Assembly: GCA_905182715.1 (NCBI GenBank)
Contig: CAJJCP010000003.1
Coordinates: 3,580 to 67,579 of the forward strand
Direction: 5' to 3'
DNA from: an uncultured Candidatus Poseidoniales archaeon
GTDB lineage: Archaea; Thermoplasmatota; Poseidoniia; Poseidoniales; Poseidoniaceae
Length of the DNA: 64,000 nucleotides
Below are positions 1-9,506 of this stretch, in pieces. Made by a program: the position numbers and the translations under genes. The stretch's first letter is position 1. The number at the start of each line of letters is the position of its first letter. The notes beneath the pieces were generated by a model. That model saw only the letters and a list, made by a program, of their open reading frames with translations. It did not search any database and was not told where the DNA came from.

Positions 1-313
1 AAGATGTCTTCCCGTCAGTTCCGGGAATGGGTGCTGCCTTTGCGACTCACTTCTTACTGTGTGCTTTCAGAGACAGTTCTGCCGACAATCCCTTTGGACG
101 ATACACCGTTCCTGCAAGCAAACCAATGGGTATTGGCGCTGCTGTAGTGCTTCTTCTTGCAGCGAGTGTCGAAGCTTCGTACCTCGCCTTTTCACCTGAG
201 CCTTCAGAATCTACGATGTCGCCGGAACATACAGCGTTTCGGCTAATTTTGAAACCATAGAATTCGATAACGGTGGAGAATACATTGCCGATGGCGATAC
301 GTTCACTCTTGAT

Positions 314-772
314 TTGTCGACTGATTCACTCACCAGCATCGATAATAGAAACATTGTTGGTGCAAAGATAGTGATGACCTATTCAGAAGATGAAAGTAGT
401 GCTGGAATCGGATGCCTTGCACCAGGGGCCGCAAATACAGAACCCGATACCATTACGGGAATGCTGATGCACAGTGGATTCAATAATTCTGCAAGTGGTC
501 AAAACCAAGACGGTGCTCCTGCTTCTCATGAAACGCTGGTTGAATGGTATAATGCTTCGATGATTGGGAATGTATCAGGTGTTTCAAAAGACGATATCAA
601 TGCTGGACTTAATTCAAACGGCGCTGGACTTGGTGATTACTCGATTGAAATTTCTGTTGATGTAGCCACTGGCGGTGGTGCTGGTTGCCAACACACCGAT
701 GATGGCGAAAACGTCGATTATACGATTGAACTCTTGATTTTGGATTATACCATAACGGAAGTCAAAGCGTGA
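314..772 (+). CDS. hypothetical protein (C-terminal part; coding signal continues upstream to ~200 with no start codon)
   Basis: ORF track 314..772 (TTG start). The same frame stays open back to a stop at 197-199 and reads protein-like (TYSVSANFETIEFDNGGEYIADGDTF). No recognisable domain. ORF 27..260 in another frame supplies a hydrophobic N-terminus. Confidence 0.4.
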   Translation: MSTDSLTSIDNRNIVGAKIVMTYSEDESSAGIGCLAPGAANTEPDTITGMLMHSGFNNSASGQNQDGAPASHETLVEWYNASMIGNVSGVSKDDINAGLNSNGAGLGDYSIEISVDVATGGGAGCQHTDDGENVDYTIELLILDYTITEVKA

Positions 773-1607
773 AACGTTGTCCTTGATGAACAACACCCCA
801 ACCAAGTTGGCTTACTTGCTTCATCTGTTCACTGTCTTGATCGTATAATGGATTTGTATGATTCAAATGCGTAAAGAAAATCTCTGGGTCTCCATCTTCC
901 CGCTCACCAAGCATGTTCAGGGTTTGAAGAACCGGTGGATGGGGTACTTTGGATTGGTCACGGCCACCCAGTTCGTCTTCTGACCAAAATGTTCCATCGA
1001 TGAGTGCGATATCAATACGCATGGCTGAAAGCCATTGGCGCAGGGTTGAACATTTGTGAACGGTGAGGGTTTCATCCCACGTGTCGTGGTCGGGGAGAAA
1101 CAGCAGTGATTTGTTTGGACCTCGTATGATGAACGCGTGCATATCTGAAAGTTCATCCCGATGCGGTATTCGAATGGGTTCAATGGTCAATTCGCCTTTG
1201 TTATACAGCGCAGCATCAACAGCAAAGGTTTGAATTTCAAAGACCCCTTGTTGAACCATCAAGTTCCATTGTGGTGTTTGGTCGACAAGATGATACATTT
1301 CTTCTGAGACATGGAGGTGAATCCCTTGTGCTGAAAGCGTTTCACGGCCAAACAAACCAAGCCCGTCAACGTGACCAAAGTGGGCGTGTGTGAGCAGAAG
1401 GTGGTCGACATGAGTTTGTCCCCAGAGCGTGAATTGATCTCCGAGATGTCGTGTTGCTTCGATGAGAATATTGGTTCCTTCATCACTGCGAATCCCCAAC
1501 GAGACCGGATAGTGGTGTTCGGTTAAATTGGCACAACAGGGACGGAGGCACCCTGGTTGCGGGTGGCCTCCGTCCTGTGCAATACCGAGCACTGTGACCT
1601 CGACCAT
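762..1607 (-). CDS. MBL-fold metallo-hydrolase, PqqB-like
   Basis: 281-aa ORF with the metallo-beta-lactamase His motif THAHFGHVDG and downstream PDHDTW / HLNHTNP segments. Overall layout resembles PqqB-type proteins. Confidence 0.65.
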   Translation of the reverse strand: MVEVTVLGIAQDGGHPQPGCLRPCCANLTEHHYPVSLGIRSDEGTNILIEATRHLGDQFTLWGQTHVDHLLLTHAHFGHVDGLGLFGRETLSAQGIHLHVSEEMYHLVDQTPQWNLMVQQGVFEIQTFAVDAALYNKGELTIEPIRIPHRDELSDMHAFIIRGPNKSLLFLPDHDTWDETLTVHKCSTLRQWLSAMRIDIALIDGTFWSEDELGGRDQSKVPHPPVLQTLNMLGEREDGDPEIFFTHLNHTNPLYDQDSEQMKQVSQLGWGVVHQGQRFTL

Positions 1608-1649
1608 GTGGTGGCCAAGGAAGCGTATATCATCAATCCATCAGTTCAT

Positions 1650-3149
1650 TCACTGGACATAGACATCTGCTTTTGCAGCTCTTTGGGGTGGAGCATAAGG
1701 TGCGACTCGGTATGCCATACCTCGGCGTTCCATGACATCTTTCAGTGAAGCGAGGAGGTGTTCTTTTCCAATCTTACTTTTATCTTGGCTAAACGCTAAG
1801 ATAAGGCTGTCTTGAACGATGGCTCGAATCCAGGCACCTGTGAGGCCCTCAGTACTCTTTGCGAGTTTCTCCTTGACCTCAAGCGTGACGTTTCGGGCAA
1901 TGTCGAGTTTCTTCAACAAGTGATGGAAGATGTGGAAGCGCTGGTCCTTTCCAGGGAGTCCGACTTCGATGATTCGGTCGAAACGCCCAGGCCGGTCAGC
2001 AATAGCGGGGTCGATTTTGTTCGAGTGGTTTGTTGTAGCAAGCGTGATGACGCCGTGGTTTGGAACAATGCCATCCATGGATTGCAAAAATTCACCCAAG
2101 AGTGGGTGGTCAGATGCGCGACGGTCAAGCGCTCCTGCTGTGTCGATATCTTCGATGATAAGCAAAGTTGGTGAAAGTTTGCGAGCCATTTCAAAGCAGG
2201 ACTTGATATCATTCCGCCCCGTAATCATTTCAGCAGAAATCAGAACGCATGTAATGTCTGAGTGAGCTGCAAGCCACTTCGCAATCATGGTTTTACCAGT
2301 ACCGGGCGGTCCTGCGAGAATGACGCCGCGTGAATTAGGCACGCCACATTCGAGAAGTTTCGGCATGGCCTTTTGAAATCCGATGATGTCTTTCCAAAGT
2401 GCTTCCTTGACGTCCTCGTCCCAAGCAATCAATTCGTCAATGTCCTTGTCTCGAGCGATAAAGTTGAATCGTAAATCAAAGAAGGCTCCTTTGAGCACCC
2501 CGCTTTGATAGAAATCAGATTCGATTTGGGAAATCAATTCATTTGCGTTTTCTCCTTTCACCAGAACGGTTGATTCGGCAGGAGAGTATACTGAAAGGCG
2601 CTGGTCGCCGTCATGGTCAACACTTGATACAGTGACAAACAAGTGTTCTGGATTGGTTTTTGATTTGTAAAAGCGAGTGCCTACGGCCAAGAACCGTTGA
2701 CGTTGCTTTTCATGCATCTCAACGGTTTCATAAACAGCTGCTCTGATTTTTCCATGGTCAATCAGGAATTCCTCGACAACTTCGTATTCTTCTTCGAGGT
2801 ATTCATCGAAATGTATCTTCATCATAGCTCCGAGTTTACCGCCCCAATATCGTGAGTCGCGCTTGTGTTTTCCGCCAAGAAACCCGTGCATCATTTGGTC
2901 GCCAATTGGCATCGATGATGCTTTTTTACGAGTTGCGGCTACTGTTGATTTGATATTGTCATACTGCTTCATATCGATTGAAACCGGACCGAGAGGCGTT
3001 TGAATTTCAAGCACTGTAGAAGCCTGTTCGCCTGAAGTGCTTTCTGCCTCCAATTCTTTTTCATAGTGTGGTTCCATCGTAAATTCTTCTTCCAATTGAT
3101 ATTCATCCGCCATATTCATGCCTCTTTTTGCGTGAAGGAAGATTTTCAA
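1650..3149 (-). CDS. AAA+ family ATPase with a ~250-aa unassigned N-terminal domain
   Basis: Walker A GPPGTGKT, Walker B LLIIEDID, second region of homology ATTNHSNKIDPAIADRPGRFDR. Alternative starts at 3119 or 3113 (MNMADEY). Confidence 0.85.
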   Translation of the reverse strand: MKIFLHAKRGMNMADEYQLEEEFTMEPHYEKELEAESTSGEQASTVLEIQTPLGPVSIDMKQYDNIKSTVAATRKKASSMPIGDQMMHGFLGGKHKRDSRYWGGKLGAMMKIHFDEYLEEEYEVVEEFLIDHGKIRAAVYETVEMHEKQRQRFLAVGTRFYKSKTNPEHLFVTVSSVDHDGDQRLSVYSPAESTVLVKGENANELISQIESDFYQSGVLKGAFFDLRFNFIARDKDIDELIAWDEDVKEALWKDIIGFQKAMPKLLECGVPNSRGVILAGPPGTGKTMIAKWLAAHSDITCVLISAEMITGRNDIKSCFEMARKLSPTLLIIEDIDTAGALDRRASDHPLLGEFLQSMDGIVPNHGVITLATTNHSNKIDPAIADRPGRFDRIIEVGLPGKDQRFHIFHHLLKKLDIARNVTLEVKEKLAKSTEGLTGAWIRAIVQDSLILAFSQDKSKIGKEHLLASLKDVMERRGMAYRVAPYAPPQRAAKADVYVQ

Positions 3150-3262
3150 TACACAAGGTGTAATGCATTCTTCTCCGCCGCATTCTATTATGAAATCAAG
3201 AGTATATGAAGGCGCGAAGGTCTCAAACGAGAGGGGCTTTTAGGCAGGTATGAGGGGAATAA

Positions 3263-5017
3263 ATGGCAGGTCCATCAAAAGTAGAATTCCCCGGGCAAAA
3301 AAAGCAGCGTATTCGTATGCGAGGCACCAAGCATGCCAACGAAGCAACTGCCAATAAACTCAAGCGCGAACTTGCAAAGTTGTTGGAGAATCCAAGAGCG
3401 CACCTCCCCGTCATGACGTGGAAGGGTAAACTCAGTTGGGGCCGTACTGATCCTGTGACAAAGACCATGAGGGCTCTCGAAACTATTGTTCGCAAGAAGG
3501 ATAACGTTACTTGGCTGGGTAAGCGAATGATGTCGAAGCGGGGCGATGATGTGGCCAAGGCATTTGCAGGTTCTCTTCATGCAGCCCATGATGAAGAAAT
3601 TACCATGGTTGGGAAATTCAGTTCAGGGTCTTTTGGTTCTGCCTCTTTTATCCGGCGCGGGGATGGAAAGCAAGGTTACCTTGCTGGCTTGCAGAATTAC
3701 TCAAACCTCACTTTGCGAATGTTACCATGGGAAGACCATGCAAAACGCGGAATGTATTTTTTCACTTGGAAAGGCGGATTTGTGTGTACTGGCCCAAACC
3801 CTACGCCTCCAGACGAATGGCTTGATGATGTCTTGCAACGCTCACGGTTTTCTTTTACCAAGCACAACGATTTATCGGTCCCGATTTGGGTTACTGGAGA
3901 TATTGATGCTCAATCGGTTCTTGATTTCAAACCAAGTGGTAGCGGCTATATTCGATTCTCATTCAAGCACGGCCCTGTTCTTGCTATCAGCTTTGAGGAT
4001 TTATCAAAAACCGAAAAGAAGGAGTCTTCATTCATTCACCACCTTGCGCTTTCGATGTTGCCGCCGTTCCTCCCTTCAATTCTCACCATTGATGCAAATT
4101 GGGCTCCAAAAGGATGGGATAAAGATACGCCTCTCCCCGATGCAGCATCGGATGGAATGGACAAAATAATCGATGCTTGGCAAGGCTTAACCATGAATGA
4201 AGGCGTCATTGCCCTTGCAATTCGAAGAGCGGTTTTAGATTCGGTTGATACTGGATTAGTCGTTGGAGAATCGTGGATCACTGGTGCTGATTTTGATGCG
4301 ATTGAAGAGGCGTTACAATCCCATCCCGGCTCCTCAGATGAACGCCATCTTACTGCACATATGTTGTATGCTTCAATGCAAGAAGGATCCGTAGATGGAG
4401 AAGGTTTGCGCATCACTCCGAAGGGAGATGTTTCTGAAAGAAAGGCGGAGGCTTTGGAAGTCATGGAAGGCACCAGTTGTGGAAATATCCTCGGTGCTCT
4501 TTGGGAAAAGTGGGGCATGAAAGGTCTCGAAGGCCTTGGAATTACGGGCGCTGAAGCCGAAGAAATTTGGAAAAAGCAACAGAAAAAGCCTCAACCGTTT
4601 GGAACTTTCCTCAAAAGTTTAGATTCTACACGAGCGTTAGCGCAAAAGGTAGCCCGATTCCCAACCCGTGGCGACGCTTTGCCTGGGGCAACCGGAGCAG
4701 TTCATGATTTGATTCTTCAAGGACTCTTAGAAGGGGACGGGAAGGCAGAACGTGCGGCAACTCAACGGCACGACTCAATCGTTTCTGCTGCCGCTGCATG
4801 GGCATGGTTGCTGGCTTCAGGCCGTTCTGCTGGACAAGAATGGCATTTCGAAATGAACGCCAGAGACCGCGGTGGTGCTTGGCAAGCCGCAACCAAGCAA
4901 TTACTCGAAGCAGGAAAAGCCCTGTACAATTGTGAGAACGAAGATGTCGAACGTGAAACTGAAGGTTGGATGGAAGCATTTTCGGCTCTCAAAACCGTAA
5001 CCGGTGAAGCAAACTAA
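3263..5017 (+). CDS. hypothetical 584-aa soluble protein, no recognised domain
   Basis: Long uninterrupted ORF with a basic N-terminus and no TM segments. Divergent from the AAA+ ATPase across a ~115-140 nt spacer. Confidence 0.6.
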   Translation: MAGPSKVEFPGQKKQRIRMRGTKHANEATANKLKRELAKLLENPRAHLPVMTWKGKLSWGRTDPVTKTMRALETIVRKKDNVTWLGKRMMSKRGDDVAKAFAGSLHAAHDEEITMVGKFSSGSFGSASFIRRGDGKQGYLAGLQNYSNLTLRMLPWEDHAKRGMYFFTWKGGFVCTGPNPTPPDEWLDDVLQRSRFSFTKHNDLSVPIWVTGDIDAQSVLDFKPSGSGYIRFSFKHGPVLAISFEDLSKTEKKESSFIHHLALSMLPPFLPSILTIDANWAPKGWDKDTPLPDAASDGMDKIIDAWQGLTMNEGVIALAIRRAVLDSVDTGLVVGESWITGADFDAIEEALQSHPGSSDERHLTAHMLYASMQEGSVDGEGLRITPKGDVSERKAEALEVMEGTSCGNILGALWEKWGMKGLEGLGITGAEAEEIWKKQQKKPQPFGTFLKSLDSTRALAQKVARFPTRGDALPGATGAVHDLILQGLLEGDGKAERAATQRHDSIVSAAAAWAWLLASGRSAGQEWHFEMNARDRGGAWQAATKQLLEAGKALYNCENEDVERETEGWMEAFSALKTVTGEAN

Positions 5018-5019
5018 AC

Positions 5020-6204
5020 TCAAATATTGGCGAATCCTCTTTCGAGGTCCGCCCACAAATCTTCGACGTCTTCGATACCAATGCTGATTCGAACATAGCC
5101 TGGAAGAAGGCCTGCGGCATGACGGATGTCTTCTGGAATCATCATGTGGCTTGAATTAAAGGGACATTCTACCAATGATTCAACACCACCAAGACTTGTT
5201 GCTTCGTAAATCATTTCAAGGCCGCGCATGAATTTCAAAGCAGCAGCATCGCCGCCTTTAACGACAAAGCCGATCATTCCAGTACCCTTCGGCATGATTC
5301 GTTGTGCAACTTCATAATCGTCATGGGATTTGAGAGTTGGGTGATTCACCTTCTCAATCATGGGGTGGGCTTCAAGTCGCTTTGCTAATTCTGCTGCACT
5401 GGCACATAGCACTGGCATGCGGACATGGAGAGTTCGCATTCCTCGCTCAAGTAAGTAACAATTATGCGGGTCAGGACTGGCGCCAAAGTGTACCTTACGA
5501 GGGAAGATTTGAGCAATTAATTCCTTTGAACCGACGACGGCTCCTCCGATGATATCTGAATGGCCTCCGAGATATTTTGTTGTCGAGTGGATGACTAGAT
5601 CGACGCCCATTGAAAGCGGTTGGCACGCCCACGGTGATGTGAACGTGTTGTCAATAATGCAAAGCAGGTTATGCCGTTGAGCAATTTCAACCATTGCAGG
5701 AATATCACAGACCTTGAGAACTGGATTTGTGAGCGTCTCGATATAGAGAATCTTCGTATTCGGCTGGATTGCTGCCTCATATGCTGCAGGATCTCGCATA
5801 TCAGTCATCGTCGTTTCAATTCCGAAACGTGGAAGTTCTTCTGTGAGCAAACCGTAGGTTCCGCCGTAAACATCTGGTGAAGCGACGATGTGGTCTCCTG
5901 CAGAGAGGAAGGACATCAGGGTCGTAGAAATTGCCGCCATGCCTGAAGCAAAAACTTCTGCATCCTCGCCGCCTTCAAGTGCGGTCAATTTTTGCGCTAC
6001 TGCGTCGGAATTTACCGAAGAAAGACGAGCATAGAGAAGAGTATGTTGTGCCCCAGCTGCCCAGCCCGCATAGCGCTCATCAGTCAGTTTGTAGGTAGAG
6101 GATTGAAAAATTGGAGTGTTGACTGCATCGCCCACATGGTTTGTTCCGCTGTGAACTGCCTTACTTCCAAATCCATTCAAATCAAGTTTTTTATCTGCTG
6201 ACAT
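5020..6204 (-). CDS. PLP-dependent trans-sulfuration enzyme (cystathionine gamma-synthase/beta-lyase / methionine gamma-lyase family)
   Basis: PLP-lysine region HSTTKYLGGHSDIIGG and C-terminal YVRISIGIED, both typical of the Cys/Met metabolism PLP family. Confidence 0.85.
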   Translation of the reverse strand: MSADKKLDLNGFGSKAVHSGTNHVGDAVNTPIFQSSTYKLTDERYAGWAAGAQHTLLYARLSSVNSDAVAQKLTALEGGEDAEVFASGMAAISTTLMSFLSAGDHIVASPDVYGGTYGLLTEELPRFGIETTMTDMRDPAAYEAAIQPNTKILYIETLTNPVLKVCDIPAMVEIAQRHNLLCIIDNTFTSPWACQPLSMGVDLVIHSTTKYLGGHSDIIGGAVVGSKELIAQIFPRKVHFGASPDPHNCYLLERGMRTLHVRMPVLCASAAELAKRLEAHPMIEKVNHPTLKSHDDYEVAQRIMPKGTGMIGFVVKGGDAAALKFMRGLEMIYEATSLGGVESLVECPFNSSHMMIPEDIRHAAGLLPGYVRISIGIEDVEDLWADLERGFANI

Positions 6205-6240
6205 AGAATCCCTCTTTTACTTCGAAACGGTGTCCGTCAT

Positions 6241-7272
6241 TTACTCTTCCTCATCGGCACTTGTGAAGACTTCAACGACAATATTTCCAACAAACAATGC
6301 CCCGCCGCCAACGAGAATCCATCCACTCCAGTGATCAAGACCTAAACTCAAACCGTAAAAAGTAGCCCAAACCGGCTCAAATGCATAGATAATGGCTGCT
6401 TGTATTGGATGTAAAAAGCGTTGGAAGAGGTTGAGTAAAAGCAAACAAAATAATGACCCACCAATTCCAAGGCAGAGGACTTGAAGAAATACTCCGTCTT
6501 TGAAGACCAAGTCCCATTGTGAAATTGAACTGCCACCTCCAATCAATAACAAGAGGAGGAAAGCGCCCACGGTGACCACGATAAAAGAGGTCTGAGTTAC
6601 GCCGATTGGTTCGAGTTGTTGTGTGATTTTTTGTGTGTAGATGATGTGCAAAGCGAAAAAGACCGCACAAATGACGGTGAGGATTTCTCCGAGACCCCAT
6701 GTTAGATGGGGAGGGCCTTGAATGAAACCCGCACCAAACGTGGCAAGAAGAACACCCAAAATCAAGGCTCGGGAAGGTCGAGACTTCGTGAAAATCACGG
6801 TAATTAATGCAGTAAAAACGACATAGAGAGAGGTCAAGAAGGCAGAGACTGAAGGGCTAATATCTTCCAACCCTATCATTTGTGTTACAAATCCAACAAG
6901 CATGATTCCCCCAAGGATCAGTCCCCCGCGCCATTGCTCAGGATGCCTGAGTGCAGCTCTCGCTTTTGGAAAGAGGAAGAGCATAGCAATCGCCGCTACA
7001 GCAAATCGAGCAGCGACGAGAATCGCCACGACTTGGAAGCGGCCAATGTCGACGATTTCTGGCTCAAGGGCATTGAGTGCCTGTTTCATCCAAATGAAGG
7101 TCGCCCCCCATACCGAAGTAACAACCAGCAGTGCAATCAAGGCTTTCTTGCGTTGAAGGGGCGTTGCAGGGCCGGCTTCCAAACCGTTACCGGGTTGCGA
7201 GAGAGGTTCGCCCATATTCCATGGCCGGAGTGACGCCGAATGAGTATAACGGTCAAGAGCGGTGATTTCCAA
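6241..7272 (-). CDS. EamA/DMT-family transporter
   Basis: About 10 predicted TM helices in two halves. N-terminal helix ALLVVTSVWGATFIWMK is typical of EamA. Start could be 7215. Confidence 0.7.
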   Translation of the reverse strand: MEITALDRYTHSASLRPWNMGEPLSQPGNGLEAGPATPLQRKKALIALLVVTSVWGATFIWMKQALNALEPEIVDIGRFQVVAILVAARFAVAAIAMLFLFPKARAALRHPEQWRGGLILGGIMLVGFVTQMIGLEDISPSVSAFLTSLYVVFTALITVIFTKSRPSRALILGVLLATFGAGFIQGPPHLTWGLGEILTVICAVFFALHIIYTQKITQQLEPIGVTQTSFIVVTVGAFLLLLLIGGGSSISQWDLVFKDGVFLQVLCLGIGGSLFCLLLLNLFQRFLHPIQAAIIYAFEPVWATFYGLSLGLDHWSGWILVGGGALFVGNIVVEVFTSADEEE

Positions 7273-7319
7273 GCGCTTGAACGCTAAGACTCAAGGAGTG
7301 AATCGGTTGAGTAGCGAAC

Positions 7320-8699
7320 ATGACGGCGGACACCGACTCTGTAGTGCGCTCATGGGAACACCCCATTGAGACAGGCGAAATGCCGGAAAGCGGTACAGAA
7401 TTCGATGCAATCATTGTTGGCGGAGGCCCTGGTGGCGCAGCAGCGGCTGGCTATTTGGCGAAATCCGGCGCCCGTGTCCTGATGATCGAAAAAGAAGTCT
7501 GGCCACGCGACAAGGTTTGTGGCGACGCAGTCGGTGGGAAATCTCTTTCTCACGTCAGTGAACTCGGTGTCAAAGCGGATATTGAAGCGACGCCTCATTT
7601 CAGAGTCACTGGAATTGTTTTCTCTTCTCCAAAGGGCAACACGGTTCGCGTACCGTTGCCTGAAGAAGATGTTGAGAGAATGGAAGCGGGTTATGCATTG
7701 CCTCGCGCCCAATTCGATTCATTGCTGTTCGACCGTTGCCAGGCGTTAGTGCGTGGAGCAGGTGGCTCAATTATCCAAGGCGGAGATGTCCGTACTGTTC
7801 TGTTTGATGATGGCGCAGGAGGAGAAGACCCTGGCGAAGGGAGCGGAGATGCCCGACATGCAGCCGGAATTGTTGTTCAAATCGGAGGGAGAAAAGGCGA
7901 AGAGCGAACATTCTACTCCCGTGAATTAGTTGGTGCAGCAGGTTATCGATGTCCAGTCGCTCGCTCAGTAGTCGAGTCCTCATACAGTGAAGTCATGGTG
8001 GATCGTGACCACTATTGTGGTGGATACCGCGAATATTGGAGAAATGTCAAAGGATGCGAATCAAGCGTTGGCGATATTGAAATTCATTTTGTTGACTCGG
8101 TTATCCCAGGATACTTCTGGCTCTTCCCGGTCTCGGAAAACGTAGTGAATGTCGGCATTGGAATGGTCATGGGACTTTTGGATAAACAGAAAAAGAAACT
8201 GAAGGCGCTTCAAGCAGATGTTATTGCAAATCACCCAATGTTCAAAGAGCGGTTTGCTGAAGCAGAATTGGTTCCTGGCTCGGCAAAAGGTTGGCAACTT
8301 CCTTTCGGCTCCCCTCGTAAGAAAAGCAGTAACCAGCCCCGTCGTTCAAGCATGAATGGTATTCGGTTGGTTGGCGATGCTGCGTCTTTGATAGACCCGT
8401 TTTCGGGTGAAGGTGTCGGAAATGCATTGGTGACTGGAGAGATGGCTGCTCGGCACATTATGGAAAAAAGACCTTTCCTCGAATATCAAGATGAGGTGTG
8501 GAAGGTGCTTGGCCCTGAACTCATCAATTCCTATCGAATGCAAAAACTCAGCAGAAAGTCCTGGCTTCTCAACTGGTTTGTCGGAAAGGCGGAGAAAAAA
8601 CCTGTTCTGCAAGAAATGATGACTGAAATGATTGCCAGTAAAGAAGCCCAAGAGAATTTACATTCACCTTGGTTTATGATGAAGACACTGTTGTTTTGA
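7320..8699 (+). CDS. geranylgeranyl reductase family FAD-dependent oxidoreductase
   Basis: FAD Rossmann motif FDAIIVGGGPGGAAAAGYLAKSGARVLMIEK followed by KVCGDAV, and GDAASLIDPFSGEGV near the C-terminal part. Confidence 0.8.
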   Translation: MTADTDSVVRSWEHPIETGEMPESGTEFDAIIVGGGPGGAAAAGYLAKSGARVLMIEKEVWPRDKVCGDAVGGKSLSHVSELGVKADIEATPHFRVTGIVFSSPKGNTVRVPLPEEDVERMEAGYALPRAQFDSLLFDRCQALVRGAGGSIIQGGDVRTVLFDDGAGGEDPGEGSGDARHAAGIVVQIGGRKGEERTFYSRELVGAAGYRCPVARSVVESSYSEVMVDRDHYCGGYREYWRNVKGCESSVGDIEIHFVDSVIPGYFWLFPVSENVVNVGIGMVMGLLDKQKKKLKALQADVIANHPMFKERFAEAELVPGSAKGWQLPFGSPRKKSSNQPRRSSMNGIRLVGDAASLIDPFSGEGVGNALVTGEMAARHIMEKRPFLEYQDEVWKVLGPELINSYRMQKLSRKSWLLNWFVGKAEKKPVLQEMMTEMIASKEAQENLHSPWFMMKTLLF

Positions 8700-8708
8700 G
8701 GTGAAGAA

Positions 8709-9497
8709 ATGGATGCACAGCTCGACGGAATTGATGCGATATTTCTTGATTTGGACGGTACCATTTACCTTGGCAGTAACCTGATTGAAGGGGCTCTCGA
8801 GTTTCTCAACCGGTGTGACGAACGCGGGGTTAAGCGGTATTTTCTATCCAACAATTCCAGTCGTTCAGTCAAGCAATATGTGAAGAAGTTACATGCATTT
8901 GGCATCCCTGCGGATGAAGATGACGTCTTACTTTCTACTCACGATTTATTAGCTTGGCTCAAATCCAACTCAATCACAAAAACGTGGCTCATTGGAACCG
9001 AGGGTATGCGAGAAATGCTTGAAGAAAAGGGCATTGAAACCCAGAGTGAAACTCCTGAATATGTGGTTCTTGGCTATGACACGGAAATCAATTATGAAAA
9101 ACTCTCCAAAGCGAGTATTTTCCTTCATGCAGGCATACCACTGGTAGCGAGCCACCCCGACATGGTGTGCCCTTCGCCCGATGGCGGATTACCTGATGTT
9201 GGCGCGTATCTTGCCTTACTCAAAACCACAACTGGAATCGACCCTGTTCATATCACTGGGAAGCCAAATGCTGGTATGATTTTGCATAAGATTGAGGCTT
9301 TGGGTCTCGACCCTGCTCGCTGTGCAATGGTTGGTGACCGGCTGTATACCGATTTGGCTATGGCGACACGAGCAGGTTGTGTTGGCGTATTGGTGCTCTC
9401 TGGTGAAGCGACAATGGCTGATGTTTCGGAACTCGAAGTAGGGGCCGAGCAACAACCTACTGTCATCGTTCAAAGCGTTGACCAATTGTTACGGTGA
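8709..9497 (+). CDS. HAD-superfamily hydrolase, subfamily IIA (NagD-like phosphatase)
   Basis: HAD motifs DLDGT (I), LSNNSS (II), GKPN and GDRLYTD (III/IV). Confidence 0.85.
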   Translation: MDAQLDGIDAIFLDLDGTIYLGSNLIEGALEFLNRCDERGVKRYFLSNNSSRSVKQYVKKLHAFGIPADEDDVLLSTHDLLAWLKSNSITKTWLIGTEGMREMLEEKGIETQSETPEYVVLGYDTEINYEKLSKASIFLHAGIPLVASHPDMVCPSPDGGLPDVGAYLALLKTTTGIDPVHITGKPNAGMILHKIEALGLDPARCAMVGDRLYTDLAMATRAGCVGVLVLSGEATMADVSELEVGAEQQPTVIVQSVDQLLR

Positions 9498-9506
9498 TGT
9501 ATTTCT

